DNA of 64,000 nucleotides. Origin: Patescibacteria group bacterium (GTDB lineage: Bacteria; Patescibacteriota; Minisyncoccia; Minisyncoccales; UBA10102). Where the stretch lies: the NCBI GenBank assembly GCA_024239055.1, contig JANBVJ010000001.1, positions 1,277-65,276 of the forward strand, given 5' to 3'. Below are positions 11,800 through 21,415 of the stretch, one piece after another. Made by a program: the position numbers and the translations under genes. How positions within the stretch are numbered: the first letter of the stretch is position 1; every line of letters begins with the position of its first letter. The notes beneath the pieces were generated by a model that worked only from the letters and a program-made list of their open reading frames with translations, was not told where the DNA came from and searched no databases.

Positions 11800-12813
11800 A
11801 TGCCTCGCAAAAAGATAGAAAAAAATAAAAACGAAAGAGTAGATCTGCAGGAAGCATTAGAAGAGATTAAGCAGAGATTTGGAGAGGGAGTGATTATGAA
11901 GCTCTCAGACGTTGGAGCGGTTGACGTGGATGTGATATCCACGGGTTCTCCTTCTATGGATTTAGCTTTGGGCGTGGGAGGAGTTCCCAGAGGCAGAGTA
12001 ATTGAGATTTATGGGATTGAGAGTTCAGGGAAGACCACATTAGCCCTCCATATTTTAGCTGAAGCCCAGAAAAAAGGAGGAATAGTGGCCTTTATTGATG
12101 CTGAACACGCTCTTGACCCTGATTATGCAAAGCGTCTTGGAGTAAAGGTAAATGATATATTAATCTCCCAACCAGATTCAGGAGAGCAGGCTCTGCAGAT
12201 TGTAGAGACACTTGTAAGGTCAGGCGAGGTGGATGTCATTGTTATTGATTCGGTAGCTGCCCTAACCCCAAAGAATGAGATTGCAGGAGAGATGGGAGAG
12301 TTTCAGATTGGTCTGCAGGCAAGATTAATGTCTTCTGCCTTAAGAAAGCTTTCTGCTATTGTAGCAAAGAGCGGAACTACCGTTATCTTTTTAAACCAGA
12401 TACGAATGAAGATTGGGGTAATATTTGGTAATCCTGAGACTACACCAGGTGGTCTGGCTCTCAAATTCTACTCTTCTGTTAGAATTGAGTTAAGAAGAGC
12501 AGCTCAAATAAAGTATGGGGATGAGATAATTGGTTCTGGAATTCGGGCAAAGGTAGTAAAGAATAAGGTGGCGGCTCCCTTCCGGACAGCTGAGTTCAAT
12601 ATCTACTACAACGAGGGTATTTCATACGAAGCTGATCTTTTAAACGCAGCGGAAAAAGAAGGAATAGTTACGAAAGCCGGTTCTTGGTTTCAGTATAATA
12701 AAAAACGACTCGGTCAGGGTCTTGAGAGTGCCAGGACATATTTAAAAGAGAATCCAGATATTGCCAAAGAAATCCGAGCTGAATTATTTGGAGGTAGCAG
12801 AAAGGAGTCCTAG
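11800..12813 (+). CDS. recA: Recombinase RecA
   Basis: 337-aa ORF with [12 protein letters not shown] (Walker A), [10 protein letters not shown] and [10 protein letters not shown] motifs. Confidence 0.97.
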   Translation: MPRKKIEKNKNERVDLQEALEEIKQRFGEGVIMKLSDVGAVDVDVISTGSPSMDLALGVGGVPRGRVIEIYGIESSGKTTLALHILAEAQKKGGIVAFIDAEHALDPDYAKRLGVKVNDILISQPDSGEQALQIVETLVRSGEVDVIVIDSVAALTPKNEIAGEMGEFQIGLQARLMSSALRKLSAIVAKSGTTVIFLNQIRMKIGVIFGNPETTPGGLALKFYSSVRIELRRAAQIKYGDEIIGSGIRAKVVKNKVAAPFRTAEFNIYYNEGISYEADLLNAAEKEGIVTKAGSWFQYNKKRLGQGLESARTYLKENPDIAKEIRAELFGGSRKES

Positions 12814-12981
12814 AGTACGGGATCGCTTAATAGCTCTAGTCACTTTTCTTTGATGGGATGCACAAAGTCCTGTCTTTTTTTTAGGACGTATTTTGCCAAG
12901 GCCCGAGATAAATCTATTTAGGGTGTAGGTATCTTTAAAGTCTACCTCCTTTATATTTCGTTTACAGAGATAACAGTCCAT
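12784..12981 (-). CDS. rpsR: 30S ribosomal protein S18
   Basis: 65-aa ORF with [14 protein letters not shown]...[40 protein letters not shown], in the conserved rpsF-ssb-rpsR order. Its 3' end overlaps recA convergently by 30 bp. Confidence 0.9.
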   Translation of the reverse strand: MDCYLCKRNIKEVDFKDTYTLNRFISGLGKIRPKKKTGLCASHQRKVTRAIKRSRTLGLLSATSK

Positions 12982-12983
12982 GA

Positions 12984-13430
12984 TTAGAATGGCACGTCTT
13001 TTGCGTCTATATCTTCTTGTTCGTCAATAATAGGTATTTCTTCCTTTGGTTTTTCCTCCGAGGGTTTTTCCTCTGATGTGGAGGGTTGATCTTCCTGTGT
13101 CGCTCCTCTTGGTCCGAGCTGAAGGGATTCTGCAATAATCTCAGTCCTATATTTTTTAACGCCTGTACTATCCTCCCAAGATCTGGTTTCCAAACGTCCC
13201 TCAATAAACACCAAACTTCCCTTTTTGAGGTATTGTCCTGCAATTTCGCCTAACCTTCTCCACGCTACAATGCCGTGGAATTCGGTTTTCTGCTGGCGCT
13301 GTCCCTCCGGGTCATTCCAGATGCGGTTTGTTGCCATGCGAAAAGATGTCACGGTTTGCCCTGATGGAGTGGTTCTCATCTCAGGATCCGCCACCACATT
13401 TCCCACTAGCATTACTTTGTTTACATTCAT
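12984..13430 (-). CDS. ssb: Single-stranded DNA-binding protein
   Basis: 148-aa ORF with an OB-fold N-terminus (NKVMLVGNVVADPEMRTTPSGQTVTSFRMATNR...FHGIVAWRRLGE) and an acidic tail ending DIDAKDVPF. Confidence 0.92.
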   Translation of the reverse strand: MNVNKVMLVGNVVADPEMRTTPSGQTVTSFRMATNRIWNDPEGQRQQKTEFHGIVAWRRLGEIAGQYLKKGSLVFIEGRLETRSWEDSTGVKKYRTEIIAESLQLGPRGATQEDQPSTSEEKPSEEKPKEEIPIIDEQEDIDAKDVPF

Positions 13431-13849
13431 TAAGTTGTAGCTTCTTTAAATATTTCTTTTAACTTTTCGTCAATCTCCTTGGCATCTGCTTTTACATTGG
13501 TTCCATCTGTTTTTGGCCTGAGTTGAGGGGTCTTTTGTGTTATTTCAGATACCTTAGTAATTTTGTTGAGTAACATATATCTAAGAATAGAGGTGTTTCC
13601 CTTGAGTTTTACTTCCAGTTCTTTTAGTTTTTCTGGATTAAAAGTGAAGGTAAGAGTAGTAATATTGCTCTCATTCTGCTTTTTTATTGGGTATGCGAGT
13701 TTGGTTCTCTTTCCAATATTTTGATTGCTCAAAAGTCCTCCCTGTTCCTGTAAAGAGGAGACGAGTGTGCCAATCAAGTCATTCATCTCTTCCTCGCCTA
13801 AAAGGGGAGAGAGAATAAGGGTCAGTTCATAGTTCTTCATGAAATTCAT
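13430..13849 (-). CDS. rpsF: 30S ribosomal protein S6
   Basis: The S6-like N-terminus is MKNYELTLILSP. The ORF is open to 13879, but I prefer the ATG at 13849 (AGGA upstream) or 13840. It lies in the operon with ssb and rpsR. Confidence 0.85.
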   Translation of the reverse strand: MNFMKNYELTLILSPLLGEEEMNDLIGTLVSSLQEQGGLLSNQNIGKRTKLAYPIKKQNESNITTLTFTFNPEKLKELEVKLKGNTSILRYMLLNKITKVSEITQKTPQLRPKTDGTNVKADAKEIDEKLKEIFKEATT

Positions 13850-13913
13850 TATACCCGTTTTCCTTTTTGAGTCAAGCAATCTTGATATTTCTTCTTAAAA
13901 GAGTATATAATTT

Positions 13914-15407
13914 ATGATTATGGCAACAATTGAAAAATCCGTATTTCGTGAGTATGATATTCGAGGAATTGCAGGGAAAGAGTTTACAGCAGAGGAGATT
14001 GCAAAGTATGAAAAGTGGTATGGCCCTTTTCCTGGAATTACACTTACACCAGAAGCCGTCTTGGAGATTGGAAAGGCATATGGGACCATTATTCTTCGCA
14101 GTGGCGGCACAAAGGTTTTGGTAGGATATGAGGTAAGACCCTATGCAAAAGAGCTGAAACAAGCTTTTATTGAAGGAATACGCTCTACTGGATGTAGTGT
14201 GGTTGATGCTGATATTTCATTAACCCCAATCATTTACTTTGCCACAGCCTTCCTTGAGTTTGATGGAGGGGTAAATATTACAGGAAGCCACAATGTTTAC
14301 TTTTACAATGGCTTTAAGCTGATGAAGAAAGGAGTCTGGCCTCTGTTTGGACAAGAGCTTCAGGGGATGCGTAAGATGATAGAGGCAGAGGACTATGAAA
14401 AGGGTGCGGAAGGAGGATATGAGACCCTTGATGTATTTGTGGCCTACAAAAAGTACTTCCTTTCCAACACTACACTTGCACGTAAACTGAAGATTGTTAT
14501 TGATACTGGAAATGGGTCAGCTGGAATATTTACTCCAGATCTCTTTCGTGACCTTGGATGCGAAGTAATAGAGCTGTATACCAAACCCGATGCAACATTT
14601 CCCAATCATGATCCGGATCCTGAGGGTCCCCAGAATATGAGGGACCTAGGAAAGAAGGTTGTAGAGGAGAAGGCAGATTTAGGTATTGCCTTTGACGCTG
14701 ACGGAGACCGGGTTGGATTCGTTGACGAGCAGGGCAGGTTTATCTCAGCTGATCTTCCACTACTGCTCTTTGCGAAAGACGCCCTCTCAAGAAACCCTGG
14801 CAAGAAGATTCTTTATGATACAAAGTGCTCACAGCTCTTAGAGGAACTTATTCCAGAGTATGGTGGTATTCCTATGATGCATAGGACGGGTCACGCACCT
14901 ATTAAAGAAACACTCCGGAAAGACACTAATATTATCTTTGGGGGAGAGGTATCAGGGCACTTCTTCTTTGTAGAAAACTATTTTAAGATTGATGACGGCG
15001 TCTTTGCCGCAGGAAAGATGCTGGAGTTGTTTTCCAAGCAAAAGGAAGCATTCTCTTCGTTATTTGAGAACTTTCCCAAGCGCATCAGGACTCCTGAAAT
15101 TAAGCTTCCGTGTGATGATGAAGAAAAGTTTGCTGTTATAGAGCAGATAACAAAAAGCTTGAAAAAGCAGTTTAATGCAGTATTGATTGATGGAATACGT
15201 ATTCAAGTGACTGAGAAAGGATGGGGCATTGTAAGGGCATCCAATACCTCACCTTATATTACAGTTCGAGTAGAGGGGGCTTCAAAGGAGGAGGTTTTAC
15301 GCATTAAAAATATTCTTGCCGATGAGCTGGAGAAGTTTCCTGAAGTGAAAGATAAATTAAACCGTTCTGAGGTTGCGGTCCTTGAAGGGAAACTTGGTTG
15401 GGTTTAG
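13914..15407 (+). CDS. Phosphomannomutase/phosphoglucomutase family protein
   Basis: 497-aa ORF with the active-site loop ITGSHN, the metal loop FDADGDR and the sugar loop GGEVSGH characteristic of alpha-D-phosphohexomutases. Confidence 0.85.
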   Translation: MIMATIEKSVFREYDIRGIAGKEFTAEEIAKYEKWYGPFPGITLTPEAVLEIGKAYGTIILRSGGTKVLVGYEVRPYAKELKQAFIEGIRSTGCSVVDADISLTPIIYFATAFLEFDGGVNITGSHNVYFYNGFKLMKKGVWPLFGQELQGMRKMIEAEDYEKGAEGGYETLDVFVAYKKYFLSNTTLARKLKIVIDTGNGSAGIFTPDLFRDLGCEVIELYTKPDATFPNHDPDPEGPQNMRDLGKKVVEEKADLGIAFDADGDRVGFVDEQGRFISADLPLLLFAKDALSRNPGKKILYDTKCSQLLEELIPEYGGIPMMHRTGHAPIKETLRKDTNIIFGGEVSGHFFFVENYFKIDDGVFAAGKMLELFSKQKEAFSSLFENFPKRIRTPEIKLPCDDEEKFAVIEQITKSLKKQFNAVLIDGIRIQVTEKGWGIVRASNTSPYITVRVEGASKEEVLRIKNILADELEKFPEVKDKLNRSEVAVLEGKLGWV

Positions 15408-15410
15408 CGT

Positions 15411-16055
15411 ATGATTAAGGCATTTATCTTTGATTCAGATGGAGTGTTGGTTGATACAGAGACGGTCAACGAACAGGCCTATTTCGAGGTTGTCCAAAAA
15501 GCTGGTATCACACCACTAACCTCAGAAGAGTATAAAGAGTATTCAGGTTTAACAGGAAGAGAGTTTTTACAGAGGGTTCTGGAAAAGAGAGGAGTAGATA
15601 AAGACCCGGCATCTTTAGCCAAAGAAAAGACTAGGAGAGCTATAGAACTACTTAGCCAGAAGGATATTCCAGTGTTTGAAGGAGTGAGAGAACTATTAAG
15701 CGCACTAAAGGATAGGGGTTTGAAAATTGGAGTTGCTACTTCCGCATCTAAAGAAAGAGCTCAGATGATTTTTTCAGAGACAGGTCTTGGTAAAGCAGTA
15801 GATGTGATTGTTACTGGAGGAGATATTCGTCACGGTAAACCAAATCCCGAGATATTTCTCCTTGCAGCTGAGAGATTACAGATTCAGCCAGAAGAGGTGA
15901 TTGTGATAGAGGATGCTACAGCCGGTGTGGAGGCTGCAAAGACTGCTGGTATGTTTTGCATTGGGAAAGATAACCACGTGGGGCAGGACTTAACAAAAGC
16001 AGACCTTATTGTGGAAAGTTTAACAGAGCTTGATCTTGATCAGCTATTATCTTGA
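15411..16055 (+). CDS. HAD-superfamily hydrolase (beta-phosphoglucomutase-like subfamily IA)
   Basis: 214-aa ORF with HAD motif I FDSDGVLVDTE, motif II ATSA, and motifs III/IV K...EDATAGVEAAKTAGM. Confidence 0.8.
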   Translation: MIKAFIFDSDGVLVDTETVNEQAYFEVVQKAGITPLTSEEYKEYSGLTGREFLQRVLEKRGVDKDPASLAKEKTRRAIELLSQKDIPVFEGVRELLSALKDRGLKIGVATSASKERAQMIFSETGLGKAVDVIVTGGDIRHGKPNPEIFLLAAERLQIQPEEVIVIEDATAGVEAAKTAGMFCIGKDNHVGQDLTKADLIVESLTELDLDQLLS

Positions 16056-17030
16056 GAGAAGCCCAACCTTGCTTCTGACATCCTGCATGGTGGTTGAGGC
16101 AATAGCTTCAGCTTTTTGAGCACCCTTTTTTAAAGTTTCTTCAATATATACCTCTCTTTTCTCCAGGTCTTTTTTCTTTTCGTAAAATGGAGCTAATTTC
16201 TTGACCAAGAGTTCAGCTAAAGATTTCTTGAAAGCAGCGTACCCTTTTCCCTTGAACTTCTTCTCCAGCTGAGCTATTGTCTCCCCCGAGAATTCTGAGT
16301 ATATAGTTAGCAGATTTGATATTCCTGGTTTTCTTGCTGAATTATAAGTGATGGCACTCCCTGTGTCGGTGACAGCCGCATTAATTTTGGCTTTTATATC
16401 TTTTGGTTCGTCAAAAAGGGAGATAGAAGATGCTGTATCATCTGTTTTTGACATCTTTGCCTTTGGATTGGTTAGAGACATAATTCTTGCCCCTTCTTTT
16501 GGAACAATCTCTTTTGGAATAACAAAGGTCTCTCCGTACTTTAAGTTAAACTTGCGAGCCAACTTTCTTGTTAGCTCAAGATGCTGAGTCTGGTCTTCTC
16601 CTACTGGGACTGCTTGCGTCTGATACAGCAGGATGTCTGCGGCCATTAAGGTAGGGTAGGTTAATAGGCCTGCGTTCACATTACTCTTTTGTTTCTGGGA
16701 TTTATCTTTGAATTGGGTCATGCGCTCCAGTTCAGCTATGGGAGTTAAGGTATTCAGTATCCAGGCAAGTTCCGTGTGTTCTGATACGTCAGACTGCACA
16801 AAGAGCACACACTTTTCAGGATCAATACCAACTGATAGGAGTTCCGTAGTTTTTTCAAGAATAGATTTCTTAAACTCTTTTGGATCTTGAGGAGCAGTAA
16901 GAGCGTGCAAATCCACAATAGGAAAGAAACACTCGTTTTTCTCCTGTAGCTCAATCCATTGCCGAACTGCCCCTAGATAGTTTCCTATATGCAGAGACCC
17001 TGTTGGCTGAATACCAGAAAGAATTCTCAT
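16047..17030 (-). CDS. trpS: Tryptophan--tRNA ligase
   Basis: 327-aa ORF with the class I HIGH-type motif GSLHIGNYLG and KMSKT. Confidence 0.95.
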   Translation of the reverse strand: MRILSGIQPTGSLHIGNYLGAVRQWIELQEKNECFFPIVDLHALTAPQDPKEFKKSILEKTTELLSVGIDPEKCVLFVQSDVSEHTELAWILNTLTPIAELERMTQFKDKSQKQKSNVNAGLLTYPTLMAADILLYQTQAVPVGEDQTQHLELTRKLARKFNLKYGETFVIPKEIVPKEGARIMSLTNPKAKMSKTDDTASSISLFDEPKDIKAKINAAVTDTGSAITYNSARKPGISNLLTIYSEFSGETIAQLEKKFKGKGYAAFKKSLAELLVKKLAPFYEKKKDLEKREVYIEETLKKGAQKAEAIASTTMQDVRSKVGLLSR

Positions 17031-17032
17031 AA

Positions 17033-18715
17033 TTACACTTCAATTATAACAGGTAGTACCATTGGTTTTCTCTCTGTCTTTTCAAACAGATAGTCGCTAA
17101 CATTCTTTTTCATATCTTCTCTTACATTTACCCAGTTTACAGCTCTATTGGAAGAAGACGATTTATTTATTGATTGAATGACGCGCTTTCTAACCTCTCT
17201 GAGTAAGGTCTTTGATTCTTTTAGATAGATAAATCCTCTTGAGATTATGTCAGGGGATCCTTTTACTCGTCCTGTTTTGCGATCCACAACAGCAATTACC
17301 ACAAACATACCTTCTGCAGAGAGATTCTGTCGGTCGCGTAGTACTACCTCTCCAATATCTCCTACTCCAAGGCCGTCTACTAAGACAACAGGCACGGAGG
17401 TCGTCTTTTTATCTATAGAGATGCCCTGCTTGGTTACATTCACAATCTGACCATTCTCTATTGTAGCTATATTCTTTACTGGAATACCAGTCTGCTCAGC
17501 CAACTTTGAATGAGTGTACAGCATAGAGAATTGTCCATGAATCGGAATAAAGCATTGCGGCTTTATGAGCTTAATAATTTTTCTTAATTCTTCCTGTCCT
17601 GCGTGGCCAGAAGCGTGAATGTCCATCATCTTGTAATGAAAGACTTCAGCGCCCTGTCGGTACAATTTGTCTTTTACAAACTGAACAGAGCGTTCGTTTC
17701 CGGGAATAACAGAAGAGGAGAAGATAAGAGTGTCTCCTTTCTGAATCTTAATATTAGGATGTTCTCCGTTTGCAATGCGCATCATGACTGCCCTTTCTTC
17801 TCCCTGAGCTCCCGTACCCATGATGGTAATTTTTGAGTCGGGACGTTTCATAATATCCTTTGTCTTTAAAAGGGTTCCCTTTTTTATCTTCATGTACCCA
17901 ATCTTTTGAGTGATCTCAACATTTGTCTTCATAGAGTATCCTTCCAGAGCCACGTTTCTCCCATATTTTTCAGATAGGGTAATAATCTGTTGGACACGGT
18001 TGATTAGAGAAGCAAAGGTAGCTGAGATGATTCTTCCTTTGGCTTCTTTGAATATCTTGTCTAAGTTTCCCATAATTACTCTCTCAGATAAAGAGTGGTC
18101 TGGTTGTTCGGCATTCGTGGAGTCTGACATTAACAGTAGGATTTTCTCCTTCCCTATTTGTTCTAAAAGCTTGTAGTCAGTAGGGGTTTCGTTTACCGGA
18201 TCGTCATCAAACTTGAAGTCTGATGTATGCAAAATGTTTCCTACGGGAGTTCGGATTAAAAGACCGTAGTTGTCTGGAATATTGTGGTTCTGCTGGAAGG
18301 TTTCAATCTTAAAGGGTCCTAATGTGAACTTTTGCCGGTTTCTGATGGTAATGATATTCAGTTTGGGCTGTCCCTTAAAGTCGTCCTGACGTTTTAAGAT
18401 AATGGCTCTTCCTAAGGCTCCCGTATAAATAGGAGGATTTCCTATATTAGGTACGATGTATGGAATTGCTCCTATGTGGTCATAATGCCCATGGGTGATT
18501 ACGATACCTACTATATCCTTTTCTCTTCCCTTGAGAGGGGAAATATTGGGAATTGTGTGGTCAATGCCCGGTAAATCCTCTCCTGGCATACCAAAACCCA
18601 CGTCAATTATGAGTATTTTTCTTTTGTACTCCAAAAGCATCATGTTTCGACCAACCTCACCTAATCCTCCCAAAGGGGTTATCTGTACTCGTTCTTGTGT
18701 TTGTGATTCTGTCAT
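17033..18715 (-). CDS. rnj: Ribonuclease J (metallo-beta-lactamase/beta-CASP)
   Basis: 560-aa ORF with the HGHYDH metal motif and a beta-CASP region. Length and architecture are typical of RNase J. Confidence 0.9.
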   Translation of the reverse strand: MTESQTQERVQITPLGGLGEVGRNMMLLEYKRKILIIDVGFGMPGEDLPGIDHTIPNISPLKGREKDIVGIVITHGHYDHIGAIPYIVPNIGNPPIYTGALGRAIILKRQDDFKGQPKLNIITIRNRQKFTLGPFKIETFQQNHNIPDNYGLLIRTPVGNILHTSDFKFDDDPVNETPTDYKLLEQIGKEKILLLMSDSTNAEQPDHSLSERVIMGNLDKIFKEAKGRIISATFASLINRVQQIITLSEKYGRNVALEGYSMKTNVEITQKIGYMKIKKGTLLKTKDIMKRPDSKITIMGTGAQGEERAVMMRIANGEHPNIKIQKGDTLIFSSSVIPGNERSVQFVKDKLYRQGAEVFHYKMMDIHASGHAGQEELRKIIKLIKPQCFIPIHGQFSMLYTHSKLAEQTGIPVKNIATIENGQIVNVTKQGISIDKKTTSVPVVLVDGLGVGDIGEVVLRDRQNLSAEGMFVVIAVVDRKTGRVKGSPDIISRGFIYLKESKTLLREVRKRVIQSINKSSSSNRAVNWVNVREDMKKNVSDYLFEKTERKPMVLPVIIEV

Positions 18716-18737
18716 ATTAGTTAGTTATTTTTTAGTG

Positions 18738-18821
18738 TGCCCAGAGTGGGATTTGAACCCACACGCCATTGCTGACATAGGCTTCTGAAGCCTACGCGTC
18801 TACCAGTTCCGCCACCTGGGC
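18738..18821 (-). tRNA. tRNA-Leu (anticodon CAG), long variable arm, no encoded CCA
   Basis: The reverse complement reads GCCCAGGTGGCGGAACTGGTAGACGCGTAGGCTTCAGAAGCCTATGTCAGCAATGGCGTGTGGGTTCAAATCCCACTCTGGGCA. The acceptor stem is GCCCAGG/TCTGGGC, the anticodon loop is TTCAGAA, and the T-arm is GTGGGTTCAAATCCCAC. Confidence 0.9.
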
Positions 18822-20809
18822 TATTTGAATGTGCGTTTTGTCTTTATATACCAGTTTGCAATATTAGAAAAGCGTTTTGATGGGTCAGCAATCACTGAAT
18901 CGTCTTTAAGGGTTCCGTGAATATTGGAGTTTGTAATATACAAGAAAGGCTCGTCATACAAAAATATTGCGGGCGTGTCTTTTAAAACTATTGCTTGAAG
19001 TTCATTATATAACCCTATTCTTTCCTCTTCATCCATCTCTCTTCGTATTTGTTCCAATAGACGATCTGCTTGTTTGTTATCGTAGACCGAGAGATTCAGT
19101 CCGGGATCTTTTACCTGAGAGGAGTGCCAGAATGGAAATGGGTCTGGAATTATACTTAAGATTTCTCCGAACAAGAGTACCTGATAATTTCTTGGTTTTA
19201 TTATGTCCCGTTCAAGTTCTGAAACAGAGAAGGATGTAATTTTTACATCAACTCCAAATGAGCTCCACTGCTCTTTTATCTTTTCTGCAATCTCTAGCAT
19301 TATAGTTTGATTTAATGTGACTAATTCTATTGCTAGGGATATTTGTTCTGAGGGCTGATTAAAACAGAGTTCGTCTAATTTAGCTCTCGTAGATGGTCCT
19401 ACGGTACCCGTGCCTTTGGTAAGTCCTGTTGGTTGCAGTACATCTTCTGCATACTTTTCCTGAAAGGAAATTACTGCGGCTTGCGTAGAAGGGCCAAATA
19501 CTCCGTTTACGGTTCCCAGTGGGTACACCTCTGGATCTTTAGCTAGACACTCTTGCAGACTTCTGACCTGGGCTCCTTGACTACCTCTTTGGAGGTTTGA
19601 GGTAATGGAACCTGAGGTCTCTTGAAAGGTTTTTACAAATACTCCTTCTTCTTTGGTATATCCATTATCTTCAATTAAAGCTGTAGCTTTAGTTATATCC
19701 TGGGATTCTGTTGGAATCTCTGCTGTGTTAAACGCGTGAGAGGGAAGTGGGGAGTTTACAATAATTCCATACTCTCCAAATACCTCCTTTACAATACGTT
19801 CTTTGTCTAGGGATAAGGCAAGGGCATCCCTAATACTTTGTTTTTCCACGATATCCGCTTCTACATTAAAGAATAAGGCAAAGTATCTTGGAAGGGCAAG
19901 TTCGTGTACTATTCCTGTTCTTATACGGGCAAGTAAAGTAGTTGAGGAAAGTGTCAGGTTGTGCACCTGGCCTTTTTGAGCAGCCTCAATGAGCTTTTCC
20001 TCTGTTTCGTAAAATCTTAAAACAATGGATTGAATATATGGTATCTGTTCGTAATAGTTTAGATTGGGCCTTAATCGGAGTTCTATTATATTTCCTTCAG
20101 AACTTCGTTTGCTGCTTGCTATCTTGTAAGGGCCGGTTCCAATAGGTTGTAGGTTATATAAGGAAAGAGCCGCTTTTTCAGGGCTTATATTTTCCCATAT
20201 GTGGGCAGGAAGAATAGGGAGGGTTAGGCGTTCAATAAAAGGAGCATATGGTTCTCTGAGTTCAAATCTTACTCTTAACTCTGAAACTTTTAAAACCTCC
20301 ACCCCCACCCAGTTGGCTCTTACGGGCGACTTGTAGGCAGAGTCTTTTAGTGCCTGTACCGTGAATACAATGTCATCTGATGTGAATGGTTTTTCATCGT
20401 GCCAGAAAACATTTTCCTTAAGGTTTACAATAATGGTCTTTCCTCCATTTTCAACAGTTACGTTCTTTGCCAAGTCGTTGACCACTTCTCCATCCTCACC
20501 GTATTTCATAATTCCTGAGAATATAAGTTGCACTAAGTCACGGTCTACATCCTGGGTGCTTCCATACAATGGATTAATAAAGCGGGGAGAGCCTACAATA
20601 CCCTCAACCATTTCACCTCCTCTTTTAGGAACTATTTCTGTCTGTTCTACATACACTGATCTGGTTAAGGTTATAAAGGAGACAACAAACAAAACAAGCA
20701 GAATACCCAGAAGCATTCTTTCGTTACTTGAGAGAAGTTTTCCAATATGTCTCCATTGGGAGAATGTTGGCATCTTGGCACTAGAAAAAGAATTAAGTAT
20801 GCGTGGCAC
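18821..20809 (-). CDS. ABC-type solute-binding protein family 5 (peptide/nickel type) with an inserted peptidoglycan-binding domain
   Basis: 662-aa ORF with an N-terminal TM/signal anchor and SBP_bac_5-like blocks. An internal PG_binding_1-like segment reads LQRGSQGAQVRSLQECLAKDPEVYPLGTVNGVFGPSTQAAVISFQEKY. Confidence 0.7.
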   Translation of the reverse strand: MPRILNSFSSAKMPTFSQWRHIGKLLSSNERMLLGILLVLFVVSFITLTRSVYVEQTEIVPKRGGEMVEGIVGSPRFINPLYGSTQDVDRDLVQLIFSGIMKYGEDGEVVNDLAKNVTVENGGKTIIVNLKENVFWHDEKPFTSDDIVFTVQALKDSAYKSPVRANWVGVEVLKVSELRVRFELREPYAPFIERLTLPILPAHIWENISPEKAALSLYNLQPIGTGPYKIASSKRSSEGNIIELRLRPNLNYYEQIPYIQSIVLRFYETEEKLIEAAQKGQVHNLTLSSTTLLARIRTGIVHELALPRYFALFFNVEADIVEKQSIRDALALSLDKERIVKEVFGEYGIIVNSPLPSHAFNTAEIPTESQDITKATALIEDNGYTKEEGVFVKTFQETSGSITSNLQRGSQGAQVRSLQECLAKDPEVYPLGTVNGVFGPSTQAAVISFQEKYAEDVLQPTGLTKGTGTVGPSTRAKLDELCFNQPSEQISLAIELVTLNQTIMLEIAEKIKEQWSSFGVDVKITSFSVSELERDIIKPRNYQVLLFGEILSIIPDPFPFWHSSQVKDPGLNLSVYDNKQADRLLEQIRREMDEEERIGLYNELQAIVLKDTPAIFLYDEPFLYITNSNIHGTLKDDSVIADPSKRFSNIANWYIKTKRTFK

Positions 20810-20824
20810 GTTTTTTAATACGCT

Positions 20825-21043
20825 CTAGATTACGAGATCTACAAGAGCGAGTATGATAAAAGCAGCGGTTAACACTATGGTAGCCCAGTAAAGTTTTTGC
20901 TGCAGTCCACGGCGAGTTGCATAGGCTCCTCCTCCATCTCCTCCCCCAAAGGCTGCACCAAGGGCTGTTCCTCTCTGCTGGAGCAGAATAAAGACAATAA
21001 TGGTTACTGCGACTACTATTTCAGCTATTGTTAGTATTGGCAT
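20825..21043 (-). CDS. secG: Preprotein translocase subunit SecG
   Basis: 72-aa two-TM protein with a glycine-rich central loop (LLQQRGTALGAAFGGGDGGGAYATRRG), as in SecG. Confidence 0.75.
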   Translation of the reverse strand: MPILTIAEIVVAVTIIVFILLQQRGTALGAAFGGGDGGGAYATRRGLQQKLYWATIVLTAAFIILALVDLVI

Positions 21044-21044
21044 G

Positions 21045-21401
21045 TTAAGTAATTCGTCCTTTTGATGTTATTGCAAGTACAACACTCATTCCCCATACGA
21101 CCAATGTGGTCCACAATAGAGGCATAAGTCCTGTTATAATGAGTTCTACAAAGACAATATCTACCACCCAGACCATTAGAATGTTAATAACTAATCCAAA
21201 GAGTCCGAGTGTCAGGAGTCTGATTGGAAGGGTAATCATCTTTAAAATAGGTTTAATTACCGCGTTAATCAGTCCCAGCAGAATTCCTGCATATACCAAG
21301 GTTAGCATTGTCCCTTCAAGCTCTACGAGAGGGATATAGCGCACGGCAATCCATAGGCCGCCGATTCCAGCTACCACCTGCAAGAGAATGTTCAAAAGCA
21401 T
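21045..21401 (-). CDS. Four-TM membrane protein of the phage-holin-4 / DUF360 family
   Basis: 118-aa ORF. The pattern ...GLINAVIKPILKMITLPIRLLTLGLFGLVINILMVW... matches the PF04020-type family. Confidence 0.65.
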   Translation of the reverse strand: MLLNILLQVVAGIGGLWIAVRYIPLVELEGTMLTLVYAGILLGLINAVIKPILKMITLPIRLLTLGLFGLVINILMVWVVDIVFVELIITGLMPLLWTTLVVWGMSVVLAITSKGRIT

Positions 21402-21415
21402 ATGATTATGTTATC

